From an uncultured Candidatus Saccharibacteria bacterium (lineage in GTDB: Bacteria; Patescibacteriota; Minisyncoccia; Phycocordibacterales; UBA12088), in contig CAZLUD010000003.1 in assembly GCA_964562615.1 (NCBI GenBank), forward strand, positions 2,885 to 66,884: 64,000 bases of DNA. Reading direction: 5' to 3'. A model generated the notes under the pieces. The model saw only the letters and a program-made list of their open reading frames with translations, had not been told where the DNA came from and did no database searches. Below, piece by piece: positions 18,626-28,775 of this stretch. How positions within the stretch are numbered: the first letter of the stretch is position 1; the number at the start of each line of letters is the position of its first letter. The translations under genes and the position numbers were made by a program.

Positions 18626-19900
18626 ATGAAAAAAAGCGTATATTACCTATCCTTTATAGGAGTGTGTGTTATTGCAATAACGACACTTGTTCCTTTTACA
18701 TTTGGTCAAACAACCATTAGTGATATCCAGCGATCAATTCAACAAAAAGAGCAAGAGATACTTATTTTGCAGGAGCAATTAAAAGCCCTACGAGAAACAC
18801 TCTCAAAGGCGCAAAAGGATCAATCTACACAACTCTCTACTGCAACAGGAGGAAGTCCCTCTGGGCTTGTACTCATGCGTGAGTACACCGCCTTCACGCG
18901 AGCAATTGGATACGGCTCAACCGGTGAGGATGTAAAGAGTCTTCAGCTTATTCTCAATGAACTGGGGTACTATCCAGAGGCGGTGTTTAGCGGCTACTTT
19001 GGCGAGATGTCTGTTACCGCACTAAAACGATTTCAGTCAGCAAAGGGAATCGTCTCTAGTGGAGATGCAAGTACTACTGGGTATGGCATGCTTGGACCTT
19101 CTACAAGAAAGGCGATAAATGCGATTATTTCTGGATCAGTTGTACCAGGCATAGTGAGCAACGATCCGGTGAAGGATACTTCAACAAGTGGCAGTTCAAG
19201 TAGTAGTAAGGATGAAGGAAACACCTCATTTTATGCAGGCAAGGTCATTCTAAAGAAGGCGAGTGCTAGCAATGCAACAGCAAAGGATGAATATATTGAA
19301 ATAGAGATAGATGATAAGGCTGGATCAGATGTCATTCTTGCAGGATGGAAGGTACAGAGCACTATCACTAACAATGTGATTACGCTTGATACGGTATCGC
19401 CATTGTTTAGATTTGGTAGGTCTGGCACTACAGATGAGCTTAGACTGAAACCAAAGGACACGCTCACCATAGTGACGGGAATGTCACCACTTACGCAAAA
19501 GAGCTTTAGAGAAAACAAGTGTATGGGCTATTTGCGCCACTACTACTCGTTTAGCCCTTCAATTAGCTCATCATGTCCAAAACCAGAAGATGAATTAGAG
19601 GCGTACGGCAAAATCCCACTCACTGATGATGCATGCAGAACATATGTATCAAGACTTTCGTCATGCAAAGCACCACTGTCATCAGAAATTCCAACCACCG
19701 TATCACTTGCGTGTAGGTATTTTGTTGAAAACAACATCAACTACAATGCGTGTATCGACAAGCACCTCTCAGATGCAGATTTTTGGAAAGACGAGTGGCG
19801 CATATATCTAAATCGTTCAGATGAATTATGGAGAAAGAACAGAGAAGAGCTGGTGTTGCTTGATCAGTTTGGAAATCAGGTTGATAAGGTAACGTACTAA
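18626..19900 (+). CDS. Secreted protein with peptidoglycan-binding domain and Cys-rich, lamin-tail-like C-terminal region
   Basis: Signal peptide, coiled coil, GSTGEDVKSLQ...GYFG...ALKRFQ PG-binding pattern, EYIEI...LAGW. Confidence 0.7.
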   Translation: MKKSVYYLSFIGVCVIAITTLVPFTFGQTTISDIQRSIQQKEQEILILQEQLKALRETLSKAQKDQSTQLSTATGGSPSGLVLMREYTAFTRAIGYGSTGEDVKSLQLILNELGYYPEAVFSGYFGEMSVTALKRFQSAKGIVSSGDASTTGYGMLGPSTRKAINAIISGSVVPGIVSNDPVKDTSTSGSSSSSKDEGNTSFYAGKVILKKASASNATAKDEYIEIEIDDKAGSDVILAGWKVQSTITNNVITLDTVSPLFRFGRSGTTDELRLKPKDTLTIVTGMSPLTQKSFRENKCMGYLRHYYSFSPSISSSCPKPEDELEAYGKIPLTDDACRTYVSRLSSCKAPLSSEIPTTVSLACRYFVENNINYNACIDKHLSDADFWKDEWRIYLNRSDELWRKNREELVLLDQFGNQVDKVTY

Positions 19901-19909
19901 TACATATCT

Positions 19910-20332
19910 ATGATAATCTTTCCAGACAGTTATAGCGACATACTCCTGTTGTATGCAGTGGGGCTCGCCACCTTTTTTATTATTGATATGGTATGGCTTG
20001 GTGTCGTTGCAAAAAAGTTTTACGCCAAAGAAATGGAAGGCCTACTCGCGCCCACCGTACGCTGGAATAGTGCAATACTGTTTTATCTACTGTATGTCGC
20101 TGGCATTATTGTGTTTGCTGTGTTGCCAGCGCTATACACACAAAAACTCGTAGTCGCGCCTGTTCTTGGTGGATTGTATGGATTCTTTACGTATATGACC
20201 TACGATCTTACAAATCGAGCGACACTTATCCGTTGGCCAATGAAGCTCGTGATTGTGGACATTGCCTGGGGGGTAATTATTTCTGCTATTGTCGCGATGA
20301 GTGTGTACTCTGCACATTTTGTGATACTTTAA
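19910..20332 (+). CDS. DUF2177-family membrane protein
   Basis: IDMVWLG, YMTYDLTN, DIAWG motifs. Confidence 0.8.
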   Translation: MIIFPDSYSDILLLYAVGLATFFIIDMVWLGVVAKKFYAKEMEGLLAPTVRWNSAILFYLLYVAGIIVFAVLPALYTQKLVVAPVLGGLYGFFTYMTYDLTNRATLIRWPMKLVIVDIAWGVIISAIVAMSVYSAHFVIL

Positions 20333-20340
20333 TATCCATT

Positions 20341-21303
20341 ATGCGTATCGCTCACCGACGAGCTGCTATTTTTGGACTACTGCTACCAGTGCTGTTTTTT
20401 GCAGTACCGGTTTATGCATATGATATTACTAACGGAGTGCGTCACTCTATTCCGCTTAGTGAGATTATTTCAAGCAAGGTACCTAAGGGGGGAGTTCCCG
20501 CACTTACAAATCCTCGTTTTGCAACAATAGAGGAGGCAGATATATTTTTGCTTCAAGAAACCATGGGCATAGGAATTGAATACAAGGGAGAGACTCGTTT
20601 TTATCCCTTTAGTATTTTGCTCTGGCATGAGGTAGTGAATGACACCATACTTGGCGTGCCGATTCTTGTAACCTATAACCCACTCTCTGGTACTGCAGTG
20701 GTATTTGATAGAACAATTGATGGGGAGGTGTATGAATTTAAGGTGTCTAGCAAATTCTGGAAGTCTAATTTGCTTATGTATAACAAGGCAGAGAATCTGC
20801 GACACGAATCACTTTGGTCACAAATACAAGGCACAGCAGTGGTTGGTATGCACACAGGAAAGAAGCTCGCTATACGCCCGTACGACGTAATGGCATACAA
20901 CCAATGGAAAACGCTTCACCCTGATACAAAAATACTCTCAATCAGAACCCCGTACGGCAGAAACTACGCAGATGACCCATATGGGATAGGTGGATATTAT
21001 ACCTCGTGGGATATCGCCTATGGCGCAAAGAAAGAGCTAACACCTACTATGCATCCAAAGCAGCCAGTGCTTGGGGTGAGGTATAACGGCAAGACAAAGG
21101 CGTATCCACTATATACTCTTGCTAAAGGGGTTACTCATGACGATTTTGCTGGGCATACAATAAAAATAGACCGCAAATCGTATGGGGACACGAGATTGTA
21201 TGTGGTGACACCCCAGGGTGATGTGCCGCTCATGTATACCGTGGCGTATTGGTTTTCTTGGATAAATGCCTACCCACAAAGCGAGGTGTATCTACCTGAA
21301 TAG
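20341..21303 (+). CDS. DUF3179-family secreted protein
   Basis: HEVVND, SNLLMY, SLWSQ, WKTLHPDT, YWFSW...P motifs; signal peptide from ATG 20341. Confidence 0.8.
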   Translation: MRIAHRRAAIFGLLLPVLFFAVPVYAYDITNGVRHSIPLSEIISSKVPKGGVPALTNPRFATIEEADIFLLQETMGIGIEYKGETRFYPFSILLWHEVVNDTILGVPILVTYNPLSGTAVVFDRTIDGEVYEFKVSSKFWKSNLLMYNKAENLRHESLWSQIQGTAVVGMHTGKKLAIRPYDVMAYNQWKTLHPDTKILSIRTPYGRNYADDPYGIGGYYTSWDIAYGAKKELTPTMHPKQPVLGVRYNGKTKAYPLYTLAKGVTHDDFAGHTIKIDRKSYGDTRLYVVTPQGDVPLMYTVAYWFSWINAYPQSEVYLPE

Positions 21304-21317
21304 TGGGGGTATAAAAG

Positions 21318-21326
21318 TTTTCCACA
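21318..21326 (+). promoter_or_regulatory. DnaA-box-like 9-mer upstream of the RNR gene
   Basis: TTTTCCACA, one mismatch to TTATCCACA; single copy. Confidence 0.35.
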
Positions 21327-21588
21327 GGGTATTTTTTATGATTTTTACCCCTGCTAACGTTTTATTTTTTTAGGTACGTACGATGGGTAAAATTGGTGAC
21401 GAGTCATAAGGTCATTTTACAAATACAAATTCGTGTGATCTGGACAAGAACCTCGAGAGCTGATCTGGTGGGGATTTTCTTGGTGGCAGGTGAGCGAGGT
21501 GGGACAATCATATACACGCATTATTAATTTAATTACGTGCTTGATTTGTTTCTATTCTGGGCAAGCAAATTGAGTGCATATACACAGT

Positions 21589-23880
21589 ATGAGTGAAAGC
21601 ACCCCACGCATGGCGACTGAGAAAAAGTCGCTCCCATTACCAACCAGCATCGTAAAGCGGGATGGTAGTTCGGTTACGTTTGATAAGACAAAAATCGCAA
21701 GCGCTGCCGAGAAGGCGCTTAAAGAGACAGGAGAGTATAAAGCAGGCCTACCTTCGGTGGTATCAGATGCGGTGGTGGTTGCGCTATCACACAGAAAGGA
21801 TGCATCAAGCAATCCTCCTACGGTTGAAGATGTGCAGGATTTGGTTGAGAAGGAGCTCATGCTCTTGGGGCTTACTGAAACCGCGAAGGCGTATATTTTG
21901 TATAGACAAAAGCGAGCAGAGGAGAGAAAGCAGGTTGCAATGGTTCCACAGGAGGTAAAAGAATTGGTAGATTCAAGCAAAAAATATTTTCAAAACCAGC
22001 TTTCTGAATTTATTTTTTACACCATGTATGCACGCTGGATCCCAGAGAAAGGTAGACGTGAATCGTGGATAGAGGCAATAGACAGGTACATAGGCTTTAT
22101 GAGAGAGAATATCGGCTCTAAACTCACCGAGGCAGAATACGCTGAGGTAAGAGAGAGTATGCTCAAGATGGAGGCGATGGGATCTATGCGACTTTTGTGG
22201 AGTGCTGGAGAGGCAGCCCGAAAGACAAATGTCTGTGTATATAACTGCGCGTACATCGCACCATCTGCGTGGCAAGATTTCGGAGAAATAATGTACGTAC
22301 TTATGTGCGGCACGGGTATGGGATTTTCTGTTGAGCGACAAACAGTTGAGCAGTTGCCGCTCATACAACGACAGCGTGGAGAGATGCTCCCTACCCACAC
22401 GGTAGAGGATAGCAAAGAAGGGTGGGCGAAAGCCTTCGTAATGGCACTTGAGGTATGGTCTTCAGGAAGGGATATACAATTTGATTACAGCAAAATTCGC
22501 CCACAAGGGTCACGTCTAAAGACTATGGGGGGTAGGGCGTCGGGACCTGATCCACTTATAAAATTGATTAACTACACAAGAGAAAAGATGCTCGCGAGAC
22601 AGGGTAGGCACCTTACCACTCTTGATGTGCACGATATCATCTGCATTACTGGTGAAGTTGTGGTGGCGGGTGGGGTGCGAAGGAGCGCGCTCATCTCGCT
22701 TTCTGACCTCGATGATGGTGATCTTCGTACGGCAAAAAATGGGCAGTTTTATCTCACCAACCCAGAGCGCTCTATGGCAAACAACTCTGTTGCCTATAAC
22801 GAGAAGCCAACCATGCGACAGTTTCTTGATGAGTGGACAAACCTTGCGATTTCAGGTTCTGGAGAGCGAGGTATCTTTAACAGAGGAAGTCTTACCCAGC
22901 AGGTTCCTGCTCGACGATGGAGAAATCTTTCACAAGAAGAGAGATGGAAGACGGGTACTAATCCCTGCGGAGAGATTGTACTCAAGTCAAAGCAGTTTTG
23001 TAACCTGAGCGAGGTGGTAGCACGAGCCGAGGATACAGAAGAAACACTTATGAAGAAGGTTCGCATTGCGACCATACTTGGTACGTATCAAGCATCGCTT
23101 ACCAAGTTTAACTACCTATCAGAAGATTGGAAAAAAAATTGTGATGAAGAAGCGCTTCTCGGGGTATCAATAACAGGGCAATGGGATTCTCCTGTGGTAC
23201 GAAGTCCGCAGACTCTGCGCAAGCTAAAAGAAATAGCAGTTGAGGTTAACCGAGAGTACGCAGCTCGCTTTGGTATCAATCCCTCGACGTGCGTCACTAC
23301 CGTAAAGCCTTCTGGTAACGGGTCACAACTCTTTAACTGCTCATCAGGATTGCATCCACGACATGCTAAGTACTACATTCGTCGTGTGCGCATCGAGGGC
23401 CATAACCCACTCTTTAAGATGTTGGTTGATGAAGGGGTGCCATATCATCCAGAGGTAGGGCAGACGAGAGAAAACGCAAAGACATGGGTTCTCGAGTTTC
23501 CTGTAAAGGCTCCTGCTGGAGCAGTAGTAAAGGATGATGTCTCGGCGCTTGATCACCTTGCGTACTGGAAGGTAGCAAAAGAAAATTACACAGAGCACAA
23601 CCCATCAGTAACTATATCGGTAGGAGAGGACGAGTGGCTTGCGGTAGGTGATTGGGTCTATAAAAACTGGGATATTGTCGGCGGGCTTTCATTCCTTCCT
23701 CGAAGCGAGCATATCTACCAACTTGCTCCATACGAAGAAATTTCTGCTGAAGAATATGAAGCTCGAGCAAAGGCATTTCCTGCGATAGACTTCTCAAAGC
23801 TCTATGTGTACGAACAAGAGGATGTGACAGAAGGCGCAAAAACACTCGCGTGCACCGGCGGTACCTGCGAAATAGTGTAG
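21589..23880 (+). CDS. nrdJ: Adenosylcobalamin-dependent (class II) ribonucleotide reductase with N-terminal ATP cone
   Basis: IVKRDG ATP cone, YNCA, AGGVRRSA, TNPCGE, TVKPSG, C-terminal CTGGTC; no beta-subunit gene nearby. Confidence 0.93.
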   Translation: MSESTPRMATEKKSLPLPTSIVKRDGSSVTFDKTKIASAAEKALKETGEYKAGLPSVVSDAVVVALSHRKDASSNPPTVEDVQDLVEKELMLLGLTETAKAYILYRQKRAEERKQVAMVPQEVKELVDSSKKYFQNQLSEFIFYTMYARWIPEKGRRESWIEAIDRYIGFMRENIGSKLTEAEYAEVRESMLKMEAMGSMRLLWSAGEAARKTNVCVYNCAYIAPSAWQDFGEIMYVLMCGTGMGFSVERQTVEQLPLIQRQRGEMLPTHTVEDSKEGWAKAFVMALEVWSSGRDIQFDYSKIRPQGSRLKTMGGRASGPDPLIKLINYTREKMLARQGRHLTTLDVHDIICITGEVVVAGGVRRSALISLSDLDDGDLRTAKNGQFYLTNPERSMANNSVAYNEKPTMRQFLDEWTNLAISGSGERGIFNRGSLTQQVPARRWRNLSQEERWKTGTNPCGEIVLKSKQFCNLSEVVARAEDTEETLMKKVRIATILGTYQASLTKFNYLSEDWKKNCDEEALLGVSITGQWDSPVVRSPQTLRKLKEIAVEVNREYAARFGINPSTCVTTVKPSGNGSQLFNCSSGLHPRHAKYYIRRVRIEGHNPLFKMLVDEGVPYHPEVGQTRENAKTWVLEFPVKAPAGAVVKDDVSALDHLAYWKVAKENYTEHNPSVTISVGEDEWLAVGDWVYKNWDIVGGLSFLPRSEHIYQLAPYEEISAEEYEARAKAFPAIDFSKLYVYEQEDVTEGAKTLACTGGTCEIV

Positions 23881-23892
23881 AGTACTCGCGTA

Positions 23893-24441
23893 CTAAAAGT
23901 AACGTGGATTCTTCTCGGTAATTCCCTTGAGGTGGATGAGGTAACGGGCAAATACATAGAGCACACTTGAAAGGCGATTGATGTAGGCAAGCGAGCCGTG
24001 TGATAGGGGGGTGGTTTTAGAAAATGTCACCATCCTCCGCTCGGCCCTGCGGGCTACCGTACGTGCCACATCACACCGTGCTGACAATACATCTTCACCG
24101 GGTACAATAAATGCGGTAGGTGGAGGAAGCTCCTTATCTATGTCAGCGATGAGTGATTCAAGAAAGACTAGTCGTTCTTGAGGGAGACGCTTATCAGCCC
24201 CTGCCACCTCAGCTTGTAGGGTGAAGCAGTCATTCTGTATCGCAAGCACCGCAGAGCTTAAGCGAGTTGTCTCAGGGGATTCGTTTGCGGCATTTAATTC
24301 TGCGCGCAACGAACCAAGTACAGAGCAGAGCTCATCAAGCGTACCGAGTGCCTCAAATCGCGCATCATCCTTTGGGGTACGATCTTTGCCGTCAAACCAT
24401 TTGCTGTCGCCATTATCACCTTTTCCTGTGTACCAAGACAT
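23893..24441 (-). CDS. pduO: PduO-type cob(I)alamin adenosyltransferase
   Basis: YTGKGDNG, GTLDEL, RTVARRAER, YINRLSS motifs. Confidence 0.93.
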   Translation of the reverse strand: MSWYTGKGDNGDSKWFDGKDRTPKDDARFEALGTLDELCSVLGSLRAELNAANESPETTRLSSAVLAIQNDCFTLQAEVAGADKRLPQERLVFLESLIADIDKELPPPTAFIVPGEDVLSARCDVARTVARRAERRMVTFSKTTPLSHGSLAYINRLSSVLYVFARYLIHLKGITEKNPRYF

Positions 24442-24465
24442 GCTTGCACTATACACATATCACGT

Positions 24466-24906
24466 ATGAATATCAAAAATAATTTTGCAACCATCAGTAG
24501 CCTCATTGTTGTTGCGCTTGCTATTAGCGGGGGAGGGTACCTTTTGTATGGGGCGACCAATACCACAAACAATGAGGTCGCAACGTCGACAGAAGAGATT
24601 GTATTAAAACACGGAACTCTTTTGGTGGACGGAATCTTGGAAGAAGTGCCCTATGTGGCTATGGCGGATGCCTCTACATTAGCGATATTGCGGGCAATAA
24701 CAGACGGTAGAAAAATCTCGATAACAACAAAAGAGTACGAAGGGCTTGGCACTCTGGTTACCGCGATAGGGCAAAATGAGAATGGTACCGATGGAAAGTA
24801 TTGGCAGTACACCATTAACGGTGCAGCACCCACGGTGGGGGCGGATGCCTATATTCCACAAGAGGGTGATGTTATTGCGTGGATGTTTTCATCATCAGCA
24901 TTTTAG
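24466..24906 (+). CDS. Membrane-anchored DUF4430 (transcobalamin C-terminal-like) protein
   Basis: N-terminal TM, GTLVTAIG, YWQYTING, VGADAY...GDVIAW. Confidence 0.8.
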   Translation: MNIKNNFATISSLIVVALAISGGGYLLYGATNTTNNEVATSTEEIVLKHGTLLVDGILEEVPYVAMADASTLAILRAITDGRKISITTKEYEGLGTLVTAIGQNENGTDGKYWQYTINGAAPTVGADAYIPQEGDVIAWMFSSSAF

Positions 24907-24927
24907 TAAGCGGTAGATAATTACATT

Positions 24928-25470
24928 ATGAACATAGTACCCAAAGCAGTGTGCATGATGGTAGGTATTTTTGTGATCGTGCTCTCACGAATTATCCCAC
25001 ATCCACCCAACGCAACAGCTACAGGAGCAATTGCACTCTTTACTGCACGATATGGAGGCGCCAAGTATGCAGTCACTACCGTGGTAATTGCTATGGTGCT
25101 TAGCGATATAGTGATTGGGTTTTATGCGCCAATGCTAATGGCGCTTGTATACGGGTCATTTATTTTTGTTACCGTGCTTGGTTTATTTATACCAATGCGT
25201 CATGGGGTGATTATGCCCATGGCATTATCGGTTATAGGTTCAGGAATATTTTTTATTATTACCAATTTCGGTGTGTGGGCTTTTTCAGGTATGTACCCAC
25301 TCACGCTAGCTGGGCTTAGTGCTGCATACACGCTCGCGTTGCCATTTTATGGCTACATGTTGTTGGGGGATATGTTATATACGGGTCTTATTTTTGGCAG
25401 TGCAACATTGCTATCAACGGAAGCAGTTAAGGGGTATGCTGTAAGATACGAGGCAAAGAGCTCGTCATAA
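24928..25470 (+). CDS. DUF6580/BtuM-like S-component transporter, probably for cobalamin
   Basis: SRIIPHPPN, SDIVIGFY, FFIITNFGVW, Y..ALPF; about six TMs; B12 gene context. Confidence 0.75.
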   Translation: MNIVPKAVCMMVGIFVIVLSRIIPHPPNATATGAIALFTARYGGAKYAVTTVVIAMVLSDIVIGFYAPMLMALVYGSFIFVTVLGLFIPMRHGVIMPMALSVIGSGIFFIITNFGVWAFSGMYPLTLAGLSAAYTLALPFYGYMLLGDMLYTGLIFGSATLLSTEAVKGYAVRYEAKSSS

Positions 25471-25498
25471 TAGGTAACGCCAATTAATAATATATTGT

Positions 25499-26296
25499 AT
25501 GAATGAATCACTAGTTCAGTTTTTAAAGGAAAGTCGATTTGGGAAGATGCTCGCTATTGTGATGCTTGCTGTGGCAGCATATCTTTCTGTTCTTGTGGTT
25601 AATGGAATAAAAGAATACCAGTACATTGGAGCAGATGTACCACCAACTACAACTATAAGCGTCTCTGGAGAAGGTGAGGTATTTGCGGTTCCAGATATTG
25701 CTGAGTTTACCTTTGCCGTAACTGCAGAGGCTAAAGAAGCGAGTGTTGCACAAGAAGAAAGTGCGACAAAGATAAATGCTATTATGGCATACCTAAAGGA
25801 GTCAGGTATTGAGGATAAGGATATCAAGACAACAGGGTATAATCTTTACCCACAATATGATTATGTTCGAGCGCTACCATGCACACAATTTTCTTGCCCA
25901 GAGGGTGAGCGGGTACTCAAAGGATTTACCGTGACGCAGACTATACATGTGAAGGTGAGAGCGACAGAAAAAGCGGGCACACTTATTGCAGGAGCGGGTG
26001 AGCGCGGTGCAACCGATGTTAGCGGACTAACCTTTACCATTGATGATGAAGAAGCATTAAAGGCTCAGGCACGAAAAGATGCTATCGACGACGCGCAAGC
26101 TAAAGCAAAGATACTTGCTGATGACTTGGGGGTAACGCTTGTACGCATTGTTTCCTTTAGTGAAAATGGTTCATCACCAATGTATTACGCAAAAGATATG
26201 GCGCTTAGCGTAGGAGGTGCGGAATCAGTACCGTCACTCCCAATGGGTGAAAACAAAATAAGCTCAAACGTATCTATTACCTACCAGATACGATAA
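25499..26296 (+). CDS. SIMPL (DUF541) domain protein
   Basis: ISVSGEGEV..VPD, KDIKT, A..DAQAKA..LA..LGV. Confidence 0.9.
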   Translation: MNESLVQFLKESRFGKMLAIVMLAVAAYLSVLVVNGIKEYQYIGADVPPTTTISVSGEGEVFAVPDIAEFTFAVTAEAKEASVAQEESATKINAIMAYLKESGIEDKDIKTTGYNLYPQYDYVRALPCTQFSCPEGERVLKGFTVTQTIHVKVRATEKAGTLIAGAGERGATDVSGLTFTIDDEEALKAQARKDAIDDAQAKAKILADDLGVTLVRIVSFSENGSSPMYYAKDMALSVGGAESVPSLPMGENKISSNVSITYQIR

Positions 26297-26315
26297 ATAT
26301 ATAAAATTTAATACC

Positions 26316-26357
26316 ATAAAAACAAACAGAAGGCATATGCCTTCTGTTTGTTTTTAT
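26316..26357. terminator. Perfect 42-bp palindrome, bidirectional terminator-like
   Basis: ATAAAAACAAACAGAAGGCAT|ATGCCTTCTGTTTGTTTTTAT. Confidence 0.75.
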
Positions 26358-26442
26358 AGATTAAGTACTGATGTTCAAACAAAAATCTAAGCAGTTCTGT
26401 TTTCAGGCTAGTAAAAAGTCATTTTATTGATAGAATCCAAAA

Positions 26443-26988
26443 ATGAAAAGAAAAATTTACATCGCAAAGAGAACTGCGCAAAATCAATTCACAGATGCGA
26501 TTATTGATGTAAATAAATCAATGTCAGTTTCAGAATTAAAATCTGCCTATGCGGATAAAATAGTTGATCGTGGCGGGTATATCCATAATGGACATTGGAT
26601 AATGCGATCTATTTCGACAGAAAATGAATTTTCACCTAATAATTTCCCTAGCGATTTGCGTCCCTGCGATGTTATTGAGATGGTTGAAAATAAAATAAGG
26701 ACATCTGATGCAATTGTGGCTATAATTTCAGGTAAATCATATGGGGCAATAGCAGAAATAGGTTTAGCGGTAGGTTTAAAAAAGGCCCTATACGTATTAC
26801 CCGAACCTAATCTCAAAAATGATGAAATTGAGGATTTGTGGCTTTCATTTAATATCTCACTTTTGTCGAGAAGTTACTGGTTAGAAAGTGACATTGTCTC
26901 AGTCTCTGAGTTTAAGGAAAGAGGGATAGACTCACTTGAATCGTACTTATTATATATTAATAAAATTGTACCACCATTTCTAAAATAA
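26443..26988 (+). CDS. Nucleoside 2-deoxyribosyltransferase-like (NDT/DNPH1 fold) protein
   Basis: IRTSDAIVA...SYGAIAEIGLA..LKK pattern; AT-rich. Confidence 0.6.
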   Translation: MKRKIYIAKRTAQNQFTDAIIDVNKSMSVSELKSAYADKIVDRGGYIHNGHWIMRSISTENEFSPNNFPSDLRPCDVIEMVENKIRTSDAIVAIISGKSYGAIAEIGLAVGLKKALYVLPEPNLKNDEIEDLWLSFNISLLSRSYWLESDIVSVSEFKERGIDSLESYLLYINKIVPPFLK

Positions 26989-26995
26989 AATTTAT

Positions 26996-27433
26996 ATGCA
27001 CCACGAAATACTAGCACGAGGCGTTTGTGTAGAATCAAACAAAATATTATTAGCTCGTTTTAAACCAAAAGATTACTACTTTCTCCCAGGGGGGCATGTT
27101 GAGTTTGGCGAATCAGTGCTAAGCGCACTCGAAAGAGAGATAGAAGAAGAAATGGGAATAAAAATAAAAGCAACAGAAGTAAGGACGGTTTTTGAACATA
27201 CTTGGTCAGGAAAAAATGGTCTAGTACATGAATACAGCTTCATAACCTCATTTGAGTTTGGCGAAGAAAAATTGATCAACTCTCGAATAGATCATCTCGA
27301 GTTTGAGTGGGTCTCCTTGGATCATTTTGATAAGATAAATTTTCTACCGCAAGAGATAAAAAATACGATTTTAGAAATTGCTAATAATAGCTTTGTACCA
27401 GCATTTCAATCCTCATTACGTAACCAGCTATAG
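26996..27433 (+). CDS. Nudix hydrolase
   Basis: LPGGHVEFGESVLSALEREIEEEMG Nudix box. Confidence 0.92.
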   Translation: MHHEILARGVCVESNKILLARFKPKDYYFLPGGHVEFGESVLSALEREIEEEMGIKIKATEVRTVFEHTWSGKNGLVHEYSFITSFEFGEEKLINSRIDHLEFEWVSLDHFDKINFLPQEIKNTILEIANNSFVPAFQSSLRNQL

Positions 27434-27579
27434 TATTGTTGGTTATTTTCTACATTGATTAAGCAGGTAACTCAAGTCATGTGTGTTGACAGTGGGTGCT
27501 TCAGCATGGTAGTATTTATCTGTTAACCCCGGGAGGGGTTTTTAAATTGGCGAATTATTATCGGTACCGTTTTACGCGT

Positions 27580-27762
27580 ATGAACAGATTTATCAATTAT
27601 TTAAAGGATACAAGAGCGGAGCTTTCGCATGTGTCGTGGCCTACGCAAAAGCAAGCAAGTGTGTTTACTGCACTTGTGATTATTATTTCTGTACTCACCG
27701 CAATATACCTCGGTCTTTTTGATCGCCTCTTCCTCATTCTTGTTGGTGAATTCTTTATTTAA
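27580..27762 (+). CDS. secE: Preprotein translocase subunit SecE
   Basis: ELSHVSWPT plus one TM; directly upstream of nusG. Confidence 0.93.
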   Translation: MNRFINYLKDTRAELSHVSWPTQKQASVFTALVIIISVLTAIYLGLFDRLFLILVGEFFI

Positions 27763-27770
27763 TTCACTCT

Positions 27771-28316
27771 ATGGCAAAGCAAACAACAGACACTGATCCA
27801 CATTGGTATGCGATTCATACCTACGCTGGTTATGAGAATGCGGTAGAGCGCAATCTCAAACAACGTATCGAATCTCTCGGAATGGAGGACAGAATTTTTG
27901 AGGTGGTAGTTCCTACAGAGAAAAAAATTCGTATTAAGGCAGGCAAGCGCGTAGAGGAGGAAGAGAAAATTTATCCAGGCTATGTCTTGGTGAAGATGAT
28001 CGTAACTGATGACTCTTGGTATGTGGTGCGCAACACTCCACGAGTAACTGGTTTTGTAGGGAGTGGAGTACAACCAGTACCGCTTACCGAAGAGGAAATC
28101 AAAGGACTCTTCTCGCGCATGCATTCAGATACGGTAAAACATCAGATAGATTTCTCAGTCGATGACCCAGTTATTATTGTAGACGGTCCATTTAAAGAGC
28201 TTGAAGGAAAGATTGGCGAAATAGACGAAGAGCGAGGCAAGGTAAAGGTGCTTGTTCCGATGTTTGGTCGAGAAACACCAGTCGAGCTGGATTTCTTGCA
28301 GGTAAAGCGTATTTAA
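27771..28316 (+). CDS. nusG: Transcription termination/antitermination factor NusG
   Basis: WYAIHTYAGYE, PGYVLV, RNTPRVTGFVG, KOW, FGRETPVEL. Confidence 0.97.
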   Translation: MAKQTTDTDPHWYAIHTYAGYENAVERNLKQRIESLGMEDRIFEVVVPTEKKIRIKAGKRVEEEEKIYPGYVLVKMIVTDDSWYVVRNTPRVTGFVGSGVQPVPLTEEEIKGLFSRMHSDTVKHQIDFSVDDPVIIVDGPFKELEGKIGEIDEERGKVKVLVPMFGRETPVELDFLQVKRI

Positions 28317-28337
28317 GGTACTCTCTCATACACACAT

Positions 28338-28763
28338 ATGGCGAAAAAAATTCCAGTAAAACAGTTGAAGCTACAAATACAGGCGGGTAAGGCTACCCCA
28401 GCGCCGCCTGTGGGTCCTGCGCTTGGTCAGGCGGGTATTAACATTGGTCAATTCGTAAACGAATTTAACGAGAAAACAAGGGAGTTTATGGGATCGGTGA
28501 TTCCAGTCGTTATCTCGGTATACGACGACAGATCATTTAGTTTTGAACTAAAGAAGCCTCCTGCATCTAACCTTATTCTTAAAAAGCTAGGTAAGGAGAG
28601 TGGATCAGGCAAGCCAAATGTTTCTAAGATTGGCGCTCTCACCAAAGATCAGCTTAAGGAAATCGCATTTGAAAAAATGGAAGACCTTAACACCAATGAT
28701 GTGGAGCAAGCAATGAAGATTATTGCAGGTACCGCACGGTCAATGGGAGTAGACGTGAAGTAA
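28338..28763 (+). CDS. rplK: 50S ribosomal protein L11
   Basis: [23 protein letters not shown]. Confidence 0.97.
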   Translation: MAKKIPVKQLKLQIQAGKATPAPPVGPALGQAGINIGQFVNEFNEKTREFMGSVIPVVISVYDDRSFSFELKKPPASNLILKKLGKESGSGKPNVSKIGALTKDQLKEIAFEKMEDLNTNDVEQAMKIIAGTARSMGVDVK

Positions 28764-28775
28764 TACATATAACAA

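Noticed and set aside
20341-21303. Selenoprotein or recoding in the DUF3179 gene
   Set aside because: No in-frame TGA; the usual Cys motif is simply replaced (YNPLSG).
21304-21588. Canonical cobalamin riboswitch or NrdR boxes
   Set aside because: The conserved B12-box and the NrdR palindrome could not be identified by eye.
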